A stretch of 64,000 bases of DNA, from positions 17,548,001-17,612,000 of the forward strand of contig NC_058368.1 in NCBI RefSeq assembly GCF_018350175.1. The letters run 5' to 3'. A model generated the notes under the pieces. The model searched no databases. It was given only the letters and a program-made list of their open reading frames with translations, and was not told the origin of the DNA. Positions 12,106 to 23,861 of this stretch are shown here, in pieces. Every line of letters starts with the position of its first letter. Position 1 is the first letter of the stretch. The stretch comes from Felis catus (taxonomy: Eukaryota). The position numbers and the translations under genes are program-made.

Positions 12106-13266
12106 GTCCTGGTTATGTTTTGTCTTTTAAGTTGGCTAAAGATTACGTGGATATTCATTTTACCGTTGCTCTTTAACATGTACATTATTCACAATGGAAT
12201 CTATTCTCAATTTCACAATTAAAAAACAACTAAGTCTTACTTAGACAATGGGAGTGGTGGTGATGGTATTGGGAAGAATGGCTGTATTCTTGAGCCGGGT
12301 GGTACCCCCCCTCCCCTTTTCTGGTGCCTATTTGTTGATGCCCTCCTGGAGCTGTTGTGTTGGGAACAGCTTGTCACACACTATTCCCTGGGAGAATACC
12401 AGTGACCTTTATGAGGGTTCAGCAGCTCTTTACTGAAAGGGTTGGGGGAGGGGTAAATGAGTGGTAAGTCCACCCAGAGAGAATATGGGTTTTGTGCTCT
12501 TGGGTCTAGTTACCAGTTATCTTGCTGCACAGTTACAGTGTTGACCGTCTAGGCTTTTTGCCAAGAGTCCCTCTGGATGCTCCCAGATCTCTTGTCTGCC
12601 CTCCCCCAATGGACTTCTCTCATTTCCTACTCTCGGTTCCTCACTCTCTGATTCCTTACCTCTCAGACCTTTCTCTTTCATCTTGTAAAGCACTCTCTCC
12701 CTTTAACTTTTTCTCCATACTGTGTCCCATCTCTGCGTCCCCGTCCCCTATAGCCAGGACCTCCCGATTCAACTGTGTCTTCTGTACTTAACACAATTTG
12801 CCACCTACCGTGTTGGACGACAGTTATGTGTTTGCTCCATCCAGTTAGTGCTTCTCCATGAAGAGGTGTGCGTAGTTTCTGGCTGGATGTGCCTTCTTGC
12901 CCCTGGGAAAAATAATAAAATGAGTTTTAGTCTTCTGGAGGGTGCGAGGGCTATGAACTGTAACAGGAGGCTTCCCCTCAGGCTGCAGCTGTTCCTACTA
13001 TTTCCAATAATGCAGATTGATTTCTTTCTAAAAACTTCAGCTAGTGCTCAGCAAAAAGGAATATTCTCCCTGTAACATAACTTTGAGCACTCGTCCTTTT
13101 TTTTTTTTTTCTTAACCAATACTGTATACTCAGGACTTCATACACTAAGAGATGTCTACCCTGTTTATGCAATGAGTCTCATTACAAAACACTCTCTGTT
13201 AACTGACACTGAATGATAAGAAGCAGGATAGCTAAGGGTTGACTGTCCTTTAAGAATTATGTTGTC

Positions 13267-13422
13267 TGGGGTGGGGGGGTGGTCCGTTAAGTGTGTCACT
13301 CTTGATTTCAGCTCAGGTCATGATCTCAGGATTGTGAGATCGAGCCCCACACTAGGCTCTGTGCTGAGCATGAAGCCTGCTTGAGATTCTCAATCTCTCT
13401 CAAAAAAAAAAAAAAAAAAAAA
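13267..13422 (+). mobile_element. Can-SINE (shorter, older type)
   Basis: CTCAGGTCATGATCTCAGGATTGTGAGATCGAGCCCC core, long poly-A. Confidence 0.85.
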
Positions 13423-13738
13423 AGGTGGTCTGGGTCTGGCCAACTTCATTCCCTCCCAGCTGGCTAAACTTGGACAAGTGGCCGAACCACCCTGGACCAA
13501 CCTTCTCAATCATATGGAAATCACAGCAGTTCTACCCCCATCGGTTAAATAAGATAGTCTATGTAAAGTACCTGGCACACAGCCAAGGTTCAGTGTTCAT
13601 TATTATTATGTCGTGCACAAAGCACATCTGTGTAATTATAGGGTTTTCCCTTGTGAGTGATGAGTTGGGTGGGTGGGGGTGGGGCACAGCCAGGCAAGGG
13701 AGAGAAAAGGCCTTGCATTAACACTGGGTGTTTTTTTT

Positions 13739-13964
13739 GGGGCGCCTGGGTGGCGCAGTCGGTTAAGCGTCCGACTTCAGCCAGGTCACGATCTCGCGGT
13801 CCGTGAGTTCGAGCCCCGCGTCGGGCTCTGGGCTGATGGCTCAGAGCCTGGAGCCTGTTTCCGATTCTGTGTCTACCTCTCTCTCTGCCCCTCCCCCATT
13901 CATGCTCTGTCTCTCTCTGTCCCAAAAATAAATAAACGTTGAAAAAAAAAAAAAAAAAAAAAAA
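13739..13964 (+). mobile_element. Young felid SINEC_Fc-type SINE
   Basis: CpG-intact body, pure poly-A, perfect TSD AACACTGGGTGTTTTT. Confidence 0.97.
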
Positions 13965-14816
13965 ACACTGGGTGTTTTTATCCCAAGTGATAGGTACTTT
14001 AGAAACAGCATTCATTTCTCTGGTGACACAGCTTGGTGAATGTAGAAACAGATGATGACAAGTATAAAAGTTAGAGCGTTTCTTGGACCTACACAGATCA
14101 CTTTTTAACAACAATCAAACCTTTTACTTGCTTTTTAAAAATTTATGACAGAAAGCCATCTGAACATGTCTGCTTTTAGGAACAGGCGTATAAATCTGTC
14201 TTCATTTTAAATTTTCCTCTGAGGAGGAGAAACATGGCAAATGAATATAAATAGTTAAAAGTTTCTTATTCTTACTCTTTTTTTTTTCCCCCTGTCAGAT
14301 GACAAGGCTGACACGTGTTAAATTTCGAATTGGATTTGGAACACAGATTTTGGAAGAAATGTACCTTGGGTTCTGTCAACTCTCAAAAGTTGGAGAGAAC
14401 ACTGGCAGGCAGATGCAAGTTAGATCAGGGGGCATGCCAGTGCTAGCCAGGCCGACTGGCGGCTGCAGATTTGCTTTTCCTCTGGCCGGCCAACATTTGG
14501 GGAAAAGGAGTTGGCTGCTTTCTCCAGCAGAAATAAACTCTAGAAGCTGACAGGAAGCTGTAGGAAGACAAAACCTGTGTGTCTAACGGGGGAGCAGTGG
14601 AATACAACACTCCATCTTAGAATTAGCAGGCTGGACCTCCCAGCTTCTTCTAGAACTTCAGATCTTAAAAAGTTATTTTAATATGTTGTTTGGAAAACAG
14701 TTCTCAAACAATAGTGTATGGCAGTCTAAGGTGATAGTGAAACTGTTCTAGAACTGCATCTGCACGAAAGCCTTTGGCATAAACTGTAAAAGGCATCCAG
14801 ATGAAAGAAAGAAACA

Positions 14817-14853
14817 GGGGCGCCTGGGTGGCTCAGTCGGTTGAGCATCCGAC
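14817..14853 (+). mobile_element. Can-SINE 5' fragment only (37 nt)
   Basis: GGGGCGCCTGGGTGGCTCAGTCGGTTGAGCATCCGAC, then an abrupt switch to unrelated sequence. Confidence 0.85.
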
Positions 14854-15274
14854 ACACGAGAATGTGGCTCCCTTACCAAAAAGTAAGAAGACTTAATCTG
14901 TGTGTGACTCAGTTTCCTCATAGTAGGATGAATGAGGCTGAAGTACCTAAACATAGTAAGTGTTTTCTCCCAGGAGGCTGTAGATAAAGGGAGTAGAGTG
15001 AGACATTAGTGAGTGGGTAAGCATTTAAGGAGTTTCTAAGCAATAGAGAATATGGAAATAGAGACTAATCTTGGGAAACTTACACATAAAGACCCATATA
15101 GCAACTTTAAGTCAAGTTATAAAAATTGGGTGTTCTGCTATTTGTTGAATCTTTTCCAGTCACAGGATCATGATACTGAAATGACCCCATTTCTCCTTCT
15201 ATTAGTCTAATACTTCATCTGCCTCCACTGATTCCTAAGGTGGCCCATCTATTGCTGGTGGCTGTAATTGTTAC

Positions 15275-15753
15275 ATTATATTATATTATATTATATTATA
15301 TTATATTATATTATATTATACTTTATTTTATTATTTTTTAATTTTTTTAATGTTTATTCATTTTTGAGAGACCGAGAGACACAGAGCGTGAGTGGGGAAG
15401 GGGCAGAGAGAGAGGGAGACACAGAATCTGAAGCAGGTGCCAGGCTCTGAGCTGTCAGCATGGAGCCCAATGAGGGGCTCGAGCTCACCAACTGTGAGGT
15501 CATGACCTGAGCTGAAGTCAGATACTCAACTGATTAAGCCACCCAGGAGCCCCTATTTTATTATTTTTAGAGAGAGAGAAAAGACAGAGAGAATTCTGGG
15601 GAGGGGCAAAGAGGGTGTGGGAGAGAGAGTCCTAAGCAGGCTGTATACCCAGCACAGAGCCTGACGTGGGGCTTAATCTCATGACCATGAGATCATGACC
15701 TGAGCCAAAATCAAGAGTTGGATGCTTAACCGACTGAGCCACACAGGCACCCC
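15275..15753 (-). mobile_element. Two tandem Can-SINEs (to 15553 and 15555-15753); the first tail is expanded into (TATAT)n
   Basis: Two reverse SINE bodies; pentanucleotide array at 15275-15320. Confidence 0.92.
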
Positions 15754-15889
15754 TAAAACCCTTTCTTTAATTGAAATATAGTCTGCCTATTCTTGATTCT
15801 TTTCATTATTATTTAAATCTATTCTCTTCCAAGCAGAATGTGGAATAAGCAGGGAACAATCATGCATGACAAACAGGGGCGAACACAGA

Positions 15890-16685
15890 TCCCCAAAGAG
15901 AATATCCAAATGCCATCAAGGATAGGAAAAGATGCACACTTCCTTCAGTCATCAGGGGAATGCACGACTGAAACCAGAATAAATGATCTCTGCATGAACA
16001 TCAGAGAGGCAAAAATTGAAAAGCCCAACAATTCCAGGTGTGAGCAGGGGTGTGAAGCAACAGGAACTCTCATATATTGGCAGCTAGAATGTCAAAAGCA
16101 CAAGCACTCTGGAAAACTGACAACTTCTGCCCAAGCTGCCAAGGTCTATCTTAGTGTCCAGCAATTCACACCAAGAGAAAGGGACATATACGTCCACAAA
16201 AACACAAGTGTGAGAATACTCAGAGCAGTTTTATACATAATAGCCTCCAACTAAAAACAGCCACCAACTGAAAAATTAGCAGCATATTATACAGTGGAAA
16301 ACTTTACAAAGATAAAAAGAACAAACCACTGAAATACACAACAGCATGAATGCATCTCCCAGAAATTACATTCGGGGAAAAAAGCCAGGCACGAAAAAAC
16401 CACGCCTTCTGTGATTCCAAATCCATCTGATGTTCAGGAAGTGTTGAAACTAACCAATGATAGTAAAATTCAGAATAGCGGTTTTCTGGGGAGGTGGATG
16501 ATGGATACAGAGTGGGAAGGGGCATGTGAGAAACTTACGGTTTCAGAAATGTGCCAGAAATGATCTATTTCTTGATCTGCATGGTGATTACAGGAATATG
16601 TGCATATGCAAAAAATCATCAAATCGTATACCTAGTATTAGTTCACTGTATGCACTATGTTTATCCTTCAATAAAAAATAAATAA
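15890..16685 (+). mobile_element. Old L1M 3' end
   Basis: AAAGAGAATATCCAAATGCC...GGAACTCTCATATATTG...CCACAAAAACAC...AAACCACTGAAATACACAACAGCATGAATGCATCTC...CTTCAATAAAAAA. Confidence 0.85.
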
Positions 16686-18554
16686 ATGTGAGTGAAACAA
16701 ACCAAAAAGATGTGAAATGGGAAAATCAGGTTGGGTATGGAAGTGAAGACAGGGAGGGCTGTATGCCTTGGATCTAGAACAGACAAGCAACGGGGGGCCG
16801 GAAATATTACATTGAACTAAACCAAAACCCATTAGAATCTGCAAACGCAGCGAACTCGTTTATTTCTCTCTGGCATTTCTTTGTGATTGGGGGAGGAAGT
16901 TTAGAGTTGTGTTAAGGCAAGTTCCCTGGGAGACAGGCTCTGAGCTAGAAATTTATGTGCAGGAGTTTTGTTAGGGAGTATGCTTATAGGAACATCACCA
17001 GTAAGAAAGTGAGGGAAGCAGGACTGGGCAGAGAGAGAAGATGAAAGGGATGTTATTTTACCAGACTCGGCCAGTCCTACCCGGAGCTCTGGCACTCAGA
17101 TGGTCCTTCAAAGTGGTTACAAATTGTGACAGAGAGGCCAAGACTTTGCACCCTGCAGCAATCACTGATCAGTGTGGCTGCCCTGAAGAGGGTGCATAAG
17201 CTTGGGTGGGGTGCTGTCTTTGGCGGATAACAATCCTCAGAGAAGGATCCAACTAGGAAGTGTTAATGGTTAACATCCCGGGCAGTTGGAAGAACTATCG
17301 TGTTGGTCTGTAGGGTACAGTCTGGACAATGTGTCAACGTATCCACCCTTCATGATGTTTGCTTCTCATAGTAAGTTTACTTCCACCTGGGACCAGCTTC
17401 TCTAGGATTCTGCTTGGTCTCATCTCGGTAAACCCACAAGAGGAAAGTTAGTGGGATCAGCCACAGACCACACCACTCTAACTGGCTTTGAGGTCACAAC
17501 TGATTCTCATCCTCTCTTCTTCCACGACCCATTCTATATTCTTTTCACCCTTGGCTAGCAGCTCTGTTGGTCTGGGTGGCTTTTCTTACGGTGTGAGACT
17601 TACCCTCATCCCTGAGGAGGTTGGAGTCCCGGTCACTGGGCCTTTCTCACGCTGTGACGGCTGAACTTGTCCATTTACTGTTAAAATTGGGAGAAGTGTT
17701 TCAAGACATGTCCCTGAGAGCAAAGCTATCCTTCTCTGACTGTGTGGAACATTGGAAGTACAAAGTAGCCATATTGGTAAGCCCGGCCACTCCTACTTCG
17801 ATCCCTATGGATCTTGGACCTATATGTTATACTTACTGAAGACACAGCATCATGTAATGGTCTTTTAACATTGTGTATAATCATCTTCCTGAAGGCGAAC
17901 ACCCTATTCTTACAGAGTTTCAACTTCAAATTGGTGCTGTAGCTTTAGCTTTAAAAGGGCAGTCCATCATTCTTATCTGCTTGGTAGATTGTGGGTGGTG
18001 TGTATATGATAGGATCAGTGGGTCCCATGTGCCCACAGCTGCACCTCTTTTGGTGGAAGGTAGGTCTCTTGGTCTGAAATGATGCTCTGCGTTAACCTGT
18101 GTAAGTGCATCGAACATTGTCAATTTTCGTGGTGACTGGAGCCCTGGGATCAAGAAAGGTAACCTCATATCTTGGGTATGTTACTATTCCAGGCAGAATG
18201 AACCATTGCCCCTTCTAGGATGAAAGAGGTCAAGTGTAGACAATTTGTAAAATGACTAATTTGTTCCATCTAAGGATAGCTCCTTCTAGGAATAGAATAT
18301 ATCAGGGGCTCAGTGTTGACCTATGTTGCTGGTAGACTGATTAATCAGAGTTACAGAAACAGATCAACTTTATGTGAGAGCTCATACCACTGGAACCATA
18401 TACAGCCTTCCCTCTGACATCATGGCTATAGTGGGCCAGAACTGGGAAGGCTGATGATGGAGACTGGCTGACAACAACCATCTGAGCCTCTTGATTGTCT
18501 GGTGCCTCTTCTGTGACAGATTCTCACATTTGGCTGTTAACTTGTGATGCACAG

Positions 18555-18983
18555 TGTTGGTTCACAACCTTCTCGGGAACTCCCAGGTGTAATTTGAAGC
18601 TGACCCCCATATGTGGAGGGTAGAGAGAGACCGAAGAAAGAAGCAGACCATTCCTGGCTGGTAGGTGGCAGTTTTAATAAGCAAAGGGAACTTACATATG
18701 AAGCTGTCTTGGGCAGAAAGACAGATGGATCCCTACACCCACCCTCCAAATCTTAAATGTTTATAAAGAAGCCCTAACTGGGCCAAGTCACATATACCGT
18801 GTAGGTGTTCTCAACATCACATCATCATCTCAAGGCTATGTTTTTGGAGCAGCCTCTGGGGGTGGGAAAGTCAGGTGAAACCCACACTCCAAAACTGGGG
18901 GAGGGGATGAGGAGCCTCCGAGTGGCTGGATCCAGCTTACAAGTCAACTGGCAGTCACGTCTTTTTGATGACCTTCCCCAGTA
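18555..18983 (-). mobile_element. Solo LTR (MER74/MER73-like ERVL LTR or carnivore relative) inserted in the provirus
   Basis: Minus strand ATTAAAACTGCCACCTACCAGCCAGGAATGGTCTGC...GAACCAACA end; 5-bp TSD CACAG at 18550-18554 and 18984-18988. Confidence 0.75.
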
Positions 18984-19714
18984 CACAGGACTTCACACTT
19001 TGTGCCCGCTTCCATAGGTGCATCCACATGCTTCTTCCCAGATTCTTTTCACCTGTCTGTTTTTTTTCCAAACTCCTGCCCAACAGCCAAACCATTCACT
19101 TATTGTGCATAGTTTTCTGTTTAGATTTACGGCTGACCACTTCTCTTTCTTCATAAAGTAAGCGATCAGGGATACTTGCCATATCTCTGGTAATTGCAAG
19201 GATTTTCCTTCACCTGTGTCTTTCAACACCACCTGAGAGTGGAGTTATACGAGAACAAAATTTATTTTTGGCTTGTACTTACATACCAAGACAACTTATT
19301 CTTAAGCCAACCTTGGCCTTTTCCTTCTCTGTCAGCTGGGGACCCACATATGCAGCAACAGATGCGAGTGGAAAGAGAGGCAGTGATATAATAGTAGTCA
19401 ATGACACAGGGGTCAGGGCCACCTTACTTATACTCTCTGGCTGTGGCGCAAGTCCAGAAGCTGGATAAGGGATCATAACATTTTATTGAAGCAGCTGCCT
19501 CAGCCTCCTGATCTTTCTCCTTGATTTCTTTTTGTTTTATAGCTTGAGCAGTACAGCTGTTTGTTGTCCGTCTCTTTTGTCCTTAGGGATTCCACAATTC
19601 TATTAACCATCTCCATAGCTCTCCATGAGCCAATCCTCACCCAGTTACTACTTGACCTGACACTCAATTGCATACACTCGCTTTTCGTTGTTAAGCACTA
19701 CCAACTGGCCTCCA

Positions 19715-19760
19715 TTCTTTCTTTTCTTTTCTTTCTTTCTTTTTTTAAATGCTTCTTTGT

Positions 19761-19809
<49 letters not shown>

Positions 19810-19946
19810 AGGGAGACACAGAATCTGAAGCAGGTCCAGGCTCTGAGCTGGCAGCACAGAGCCCGACGCGGGGCTCGAACTCACGAACCGCGAGATCATG
19901 CCCCGAGCCGAAGTTGGATGCTGAGCTGACTGAGCTATCAGGCGGC
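19715..19946 (-). mobile_element. Can-SINE inside the provirus
   Basis: Reverse SINE with (GA)n; flanks TGGCCTCC(A/G)TT. Confidence 0.93.
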
Positions 19947-20866
19947 CTTGGCCTCCGTTATTTCAATATCTTATTCTCATTACTATCAGAGACACAGTTC
20001 TATAAAAACATCCCCTCCCGTTAGCCTGGCCTATGGAAGACAGACGCCACTGAGCTTCTCAGTGAGGCCCGTTTCCTCCAAGCCTTCCCATTGCACATAG
20101 TTTGTAGGTTTTGCTTTCACATGGTACATTCTCTCTAGCATGCTCACTTCTCTGAGCCTTATGAGCTTACCATTGTCTGCCAAAACCATCCTGGCATTTC
20201 TACTTCATTTAGTGTAGGCCGTCGTGTTTCTTAGGCTTTCAAGAGCCATATTTCTAGCATATTCGCGTTGTCTCATGAGGTCTTTGCCAGGGTGCTACAT
20301 TCTGTGTCTCAGGAGAGTCCTTTTACATCGATAAACTCTTTCTTGTCTGCCTTGTTATTGAGCCTTCCTTGATTCTGCACTGTCTGGATTCAACACCGCA
20401 ATACTCTTTTACCTCCCGCAGTCGGTGTTTCCTCAGTTTTAGAGCTTCTTCAGGGTATAATCTATTTCCTCTCTTATAAGAGTCATCACTTACCTAGCTG
20501 GGTCAGTGCTGCAAGACAGATGCTTCTCCTTTGTCTTCAAAGTGTGGAGAAAGAGTGCTATCCTTTCCAAGATGGGAGCGAACTACCTCTCCAGGCCCAG
20601 AGAGTTCAGAATGACCCAGGGTTTCAAGGTTCTTGAGTGCATTGACCCAGATGTCCCCATTCCAAAGCTCAGCTTCTTTTTCCTTACTAATCAAGGCCCT
20701 GGCCTTGGTTCATCAAGCTTGCTGAGGCTGAGGATTTCATAATCTCTGGAGTCCTGAAACTGATTCTCAGTTTTTTCTGTACTCTAAGCTATAGAGATGT
20801 CTTTTGATATGCAATAAATGAGGCCTTCTGACTTCTACAATTCGCCTTGTATTAGTGATTAATCAC

Positions 20867-21351
20867 TCTGGTGGTTTTAAACATATCAGCAAATTTTGAC
20901 ATACCTACGAGACACCCTTTGTGACTCACATCTAACAAACAGAATACATTCGAATTGACGCCACATGACCTCTGTGGCCAAGCCACATATAAAAGCCACA
21001 CAGAAGCAATCTAGCTTCCACCTGACTCTCTTCCCCCTCTTGGCACTTTTGCCCCGGGAACCAGCTACCACGCTGTGAAAAAGACAAGCAGCTGCATGGG
21101 AGGGTCACCTGTAAATTTTCCAGCTGGCAGGGAGTTATCAACCACCAGATAAATGATCGAATAAGCCACTGGATGACCCCAGCCTCTAGCCTTCTGGCCA
21201 CTCCTTCTGATGCTGAGGGGAGGAGAGAGGAGAGGTCTTCGCTGGGCCCTCTGTAATCTGCCCAATTACAGATTTGTGAATTAAATACATATTTTCATTG
21301 TTGCCACCAAGTTTGAGAGTGGTTTGTTACAGAGCAATAGATACAAGGATA
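20867..21351 (+). mobile_element. MaLR solo LTR (MLT1F/G/H-like) inserted in the provirus
   Basis: GGAACCAGCTACCACGCTGTGA; CCCAATTACAGATTTGTGA; GTGGTTTGTTACAGAGCAATAGATA; 5-bp TSD ATCAC at 20862-20866 and 21352-21356. Confidence 0.85.
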
Positions 21352-21758
21352 ATCACTCTCGACCTTCCATTATCTTTCTGCAGTATGTGAGTAGCACTTA
21401 GTAACTTGATCCAGTGTCATTGTCTTTTTGATTACTTCTTCCCTTGTATCTTTCCAACACTTGAGATATTATACCAGCTGGCATATTCCCTACTGCTGGT
21501 ATTTCTTTTGACTTCTCCATTGGTAAAAGCCTTAACAAGTTGCACAGCTATAACATGTCACTTGCTGAGGGGTCCTTACTGTCATCTGGCCAGGGGGTGA
21601 GGCAGCTCTAAAACCTCACTTTAAATTTTGCCTCTTCCACTTCACCACCTTTTGTCATAAGTTCCTGGGAGTGAGTTCTGTCTGAGAAGAAAAATTGTGT
21701 ACAGGAAGCTCATTGGGGATTGCAGTCAGAAATAACACATATAGAAATTGATGGAATT

Positions 21759-21992
21759 GGGATGCCTGGGTGGCTCGGTCAGTTAAGCGTCCGACTCTTG
21801 ATTTCAGCTCATGTCATGATCTCACGATTTGTGAGACTGAGTCCCACGTCGGGCTCTGTGCTGACAGCATGGAGCCTGCTTGGGATTCTCTGTCTGTCTC
21901 TCTCTCTCCCTCGTTCTCTCTCTCTGTCCCTCCTCTGCTTGCATGCACACACTCTCTCTGTCTCTCAGAATAAACAAGTAACTTTAAAAAAA
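21759..21992 (+). mobile_element. Can-SINE inside the proviral 5' LTR
   Basis: Typical SINE; TSD TGATGGAAT. Confidence 0.93.
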
Positions 21993-23745
21993 TGATGGAA
22001 TCACAGTCTGGTGGAGGTAGAAGCTGAATTGTAATACAGAGTCAAATTAGACCTGGGCAATGAACATGGGGCACTCTGCAGCTGAGATGTTTAACTGTCC
22101 TGAATTCAGGGTGGGGAGGTAGGCCTTTGACTCCTGCATCAACACAAGCAGAGGGCATAACTTAGGGTGAAACATCTCCCAGGGAGAAATCCCCAGAGAG
22201 GAACTCAGAGGCCAACACTCTTGCAAGCTGGGGGGAACGAATCCCAGAATGACTATACTCCTATAGGAACAGGGAGAATCTGGGTGATGCACTACAATTT
22301 CTATAACAAAGTCTGGATCGCTCTGTGCTGAAGAAGATAATGGGGGCTGACATCATGACAATGGGAAGCTAGGGAATTTTCAGGATGGGGTGATAGGAGG
22401 CAGTGAGGTCTTGCATTCTTTCTATGATCAGGTCATCGCAGATCGTGGAAACTCATGGAGTAAGTCAAACAGAGATCAGACAAATGCGCTTTATTTTCTG
22501 CCAGCCAGTGAACGCTCACACACATCTAGGTGGGATCATTGCTTTAAATTATTCAGTCTCATAGTCTGGTAACACACAGTTGCTCTCTGAGCATGCTTGG
22601 TCTTCTACCACACCACCGTTGGAATCAACTCCATGAGGATATTTCCTTTAATACCATTACTGATTTTCCCTTAGTTCAGCAACAGTCCATTAATTCCCTT
22701 TTATCCTACCACAATGTCCCAAATATTTTCATATTGCCTTAAAATATTTATCTTGGACCAGTTTCCAATCTTGCTTGACTCATCTCATCTTGCTTCAAGG
22801 AGAAATTGCCTTTGATGTTAATAGCAAACTGCTTTCTTGAAAGGCTACATGTGATTATTTAAGAGGATAAGAAAGAAACTTGGTGGGATCACTCAGGCCG
22901 TCTTTCCTCCTTTTAATCTTACCTCCAGTGAATTCTTTTAGAGCCTCTAACCCATAGGGACATGTTGTCCATTTTGGGGGGAGGGGAGTTTTTGGTTTTT
23001 CTACCTCTTTAAAAAAATGTTCTCATTATGGAATAGCATCATGGTTTCAAGAAAAGCAAAGTGACCAGCAATAAGGCATTCAAACTTGGATGAAAGAAGA
23101 GTGATTAATAATTCTACTAGGAAAAAAGAACAGAGTGCTCTCCTCCATGGACTTGCCCTATCCTATCTCTAGAAGGAAATTTCCCTGATGTGGGAGGGGA
23201 TACATCACTAAGCTATCCCATTAATTAGACTCTGGAATCAGCCTGTAGCAGTATTTCTCTTTATAAGTTAATAAACTAGCATTCTGCTTATTTTGCAGCA
23301 TGAAGTAGCCTACATGGTTAAGTCAACATGAGCCTGATGAACTCTGGGGGATTACAAATTGAGTTTCTGGATTTACGAAACTGAGGGTCAAACCAGGAAG
23401 CATGGTCAATACTCCAAGGGAGTTCAGCTCATTTTCCCATGCCAGCAGCCTCTAGTTCCCCACAGGCTTTCTCTAAACTTCAACACTTTTTGGGGTCGGG
23501 CTTTTTCACTTTGATGCCACCACTTTATAGAAAAGGGACAGACACATAACTGGTGCCAGAAGAACATAGCACTTCATTTTTCATGGAAAGTCGTAACAAG
23601 AATAGTTACAGTTTTGCTCTTCAAAACACGTGACAAAGGGCCCAGTGATAGAGAAATCAAATGATGAGATATAGGAGTCAACAAGTCATTTCAGTCATGG
23701 TATTTCTTGGCTGGCTCCATGAAGGTTCTTATTGCTGGGTCTTAC

Positions 23746-23861
23746 CTGAGTCATGCATGACGTGGGTTCTAAATAAACAGCGAGGCTGGTCTTTGATGTT
23801 GAATTCATTTCTGAGTTGCCTTCTCATATTCTTCACTTTGTTCATAGATACTTGCAGCCAA
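23746..23861 (-). other. Candidate spliced exon (116 nt), gene unknown
   Basis: Minus strand: acceptor CTTCCTTCTTCCTGCAG| and donor CAG|GTAAG in non-repeat DNA. One frame is open (WLQVSMNKVKNMRRQLRNEFNIKDQPRCLFRTHVMHDS); I recognise no homology. Confidence 0.4.

Larger units (their letters stand above)
10715..12230 (+). mobile_element. Old L1M 3' portion (ORF2 end and 3'UTR), interrupted by Can-SINEs at 11328-11553 and 11885-12105
   Basis: GATAAATTGAACTACATTAAAATTAAG...TTCATCAAAAGACA; TTTGGAAACCAGTTTGGC; TATCCAAATGCTTATTAATAG are L1 ORF2-3' hallmarks. Confidence 0.8.
16908..22308 (-). mobile_element. Ancient ERVL-class provirus with LTR16-like LTRs (3' LTR ~16908-17338; 5' LTR ~21652-22308) and a decayed, shortened internal region
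   Basis: Both LTRs share LTR16-type termini (minus strand ...CCTGCACATAAATTTCTAGCTCAGAGCCTGTCTCCCAGGGAAC; ...GTAGTGCATCACCCAGATTCTCCC). A purine tract precedes the 3' LTR. Minus-strand integrase remnants read KGQWFILPGIVTYPRY (~18170-18220) and ISDQETYLPPKEVQLWAHGTH*SYH (~18005-18080), matching the ERVL IN motifs KGQRFVLTGIDTYSGY and SDQGTHFTAKEV..WAH.HGIHWSYH. Confidence 0.8.

Noticed and set aside
13590..14114. 174-aa ORF and many similar 60-130 aa ORFs (MAQSVK..., AQVMISQF...)
   Set aside because: These are read-throughs of Can-SINE sequence; the same peptides recur at every SINE.
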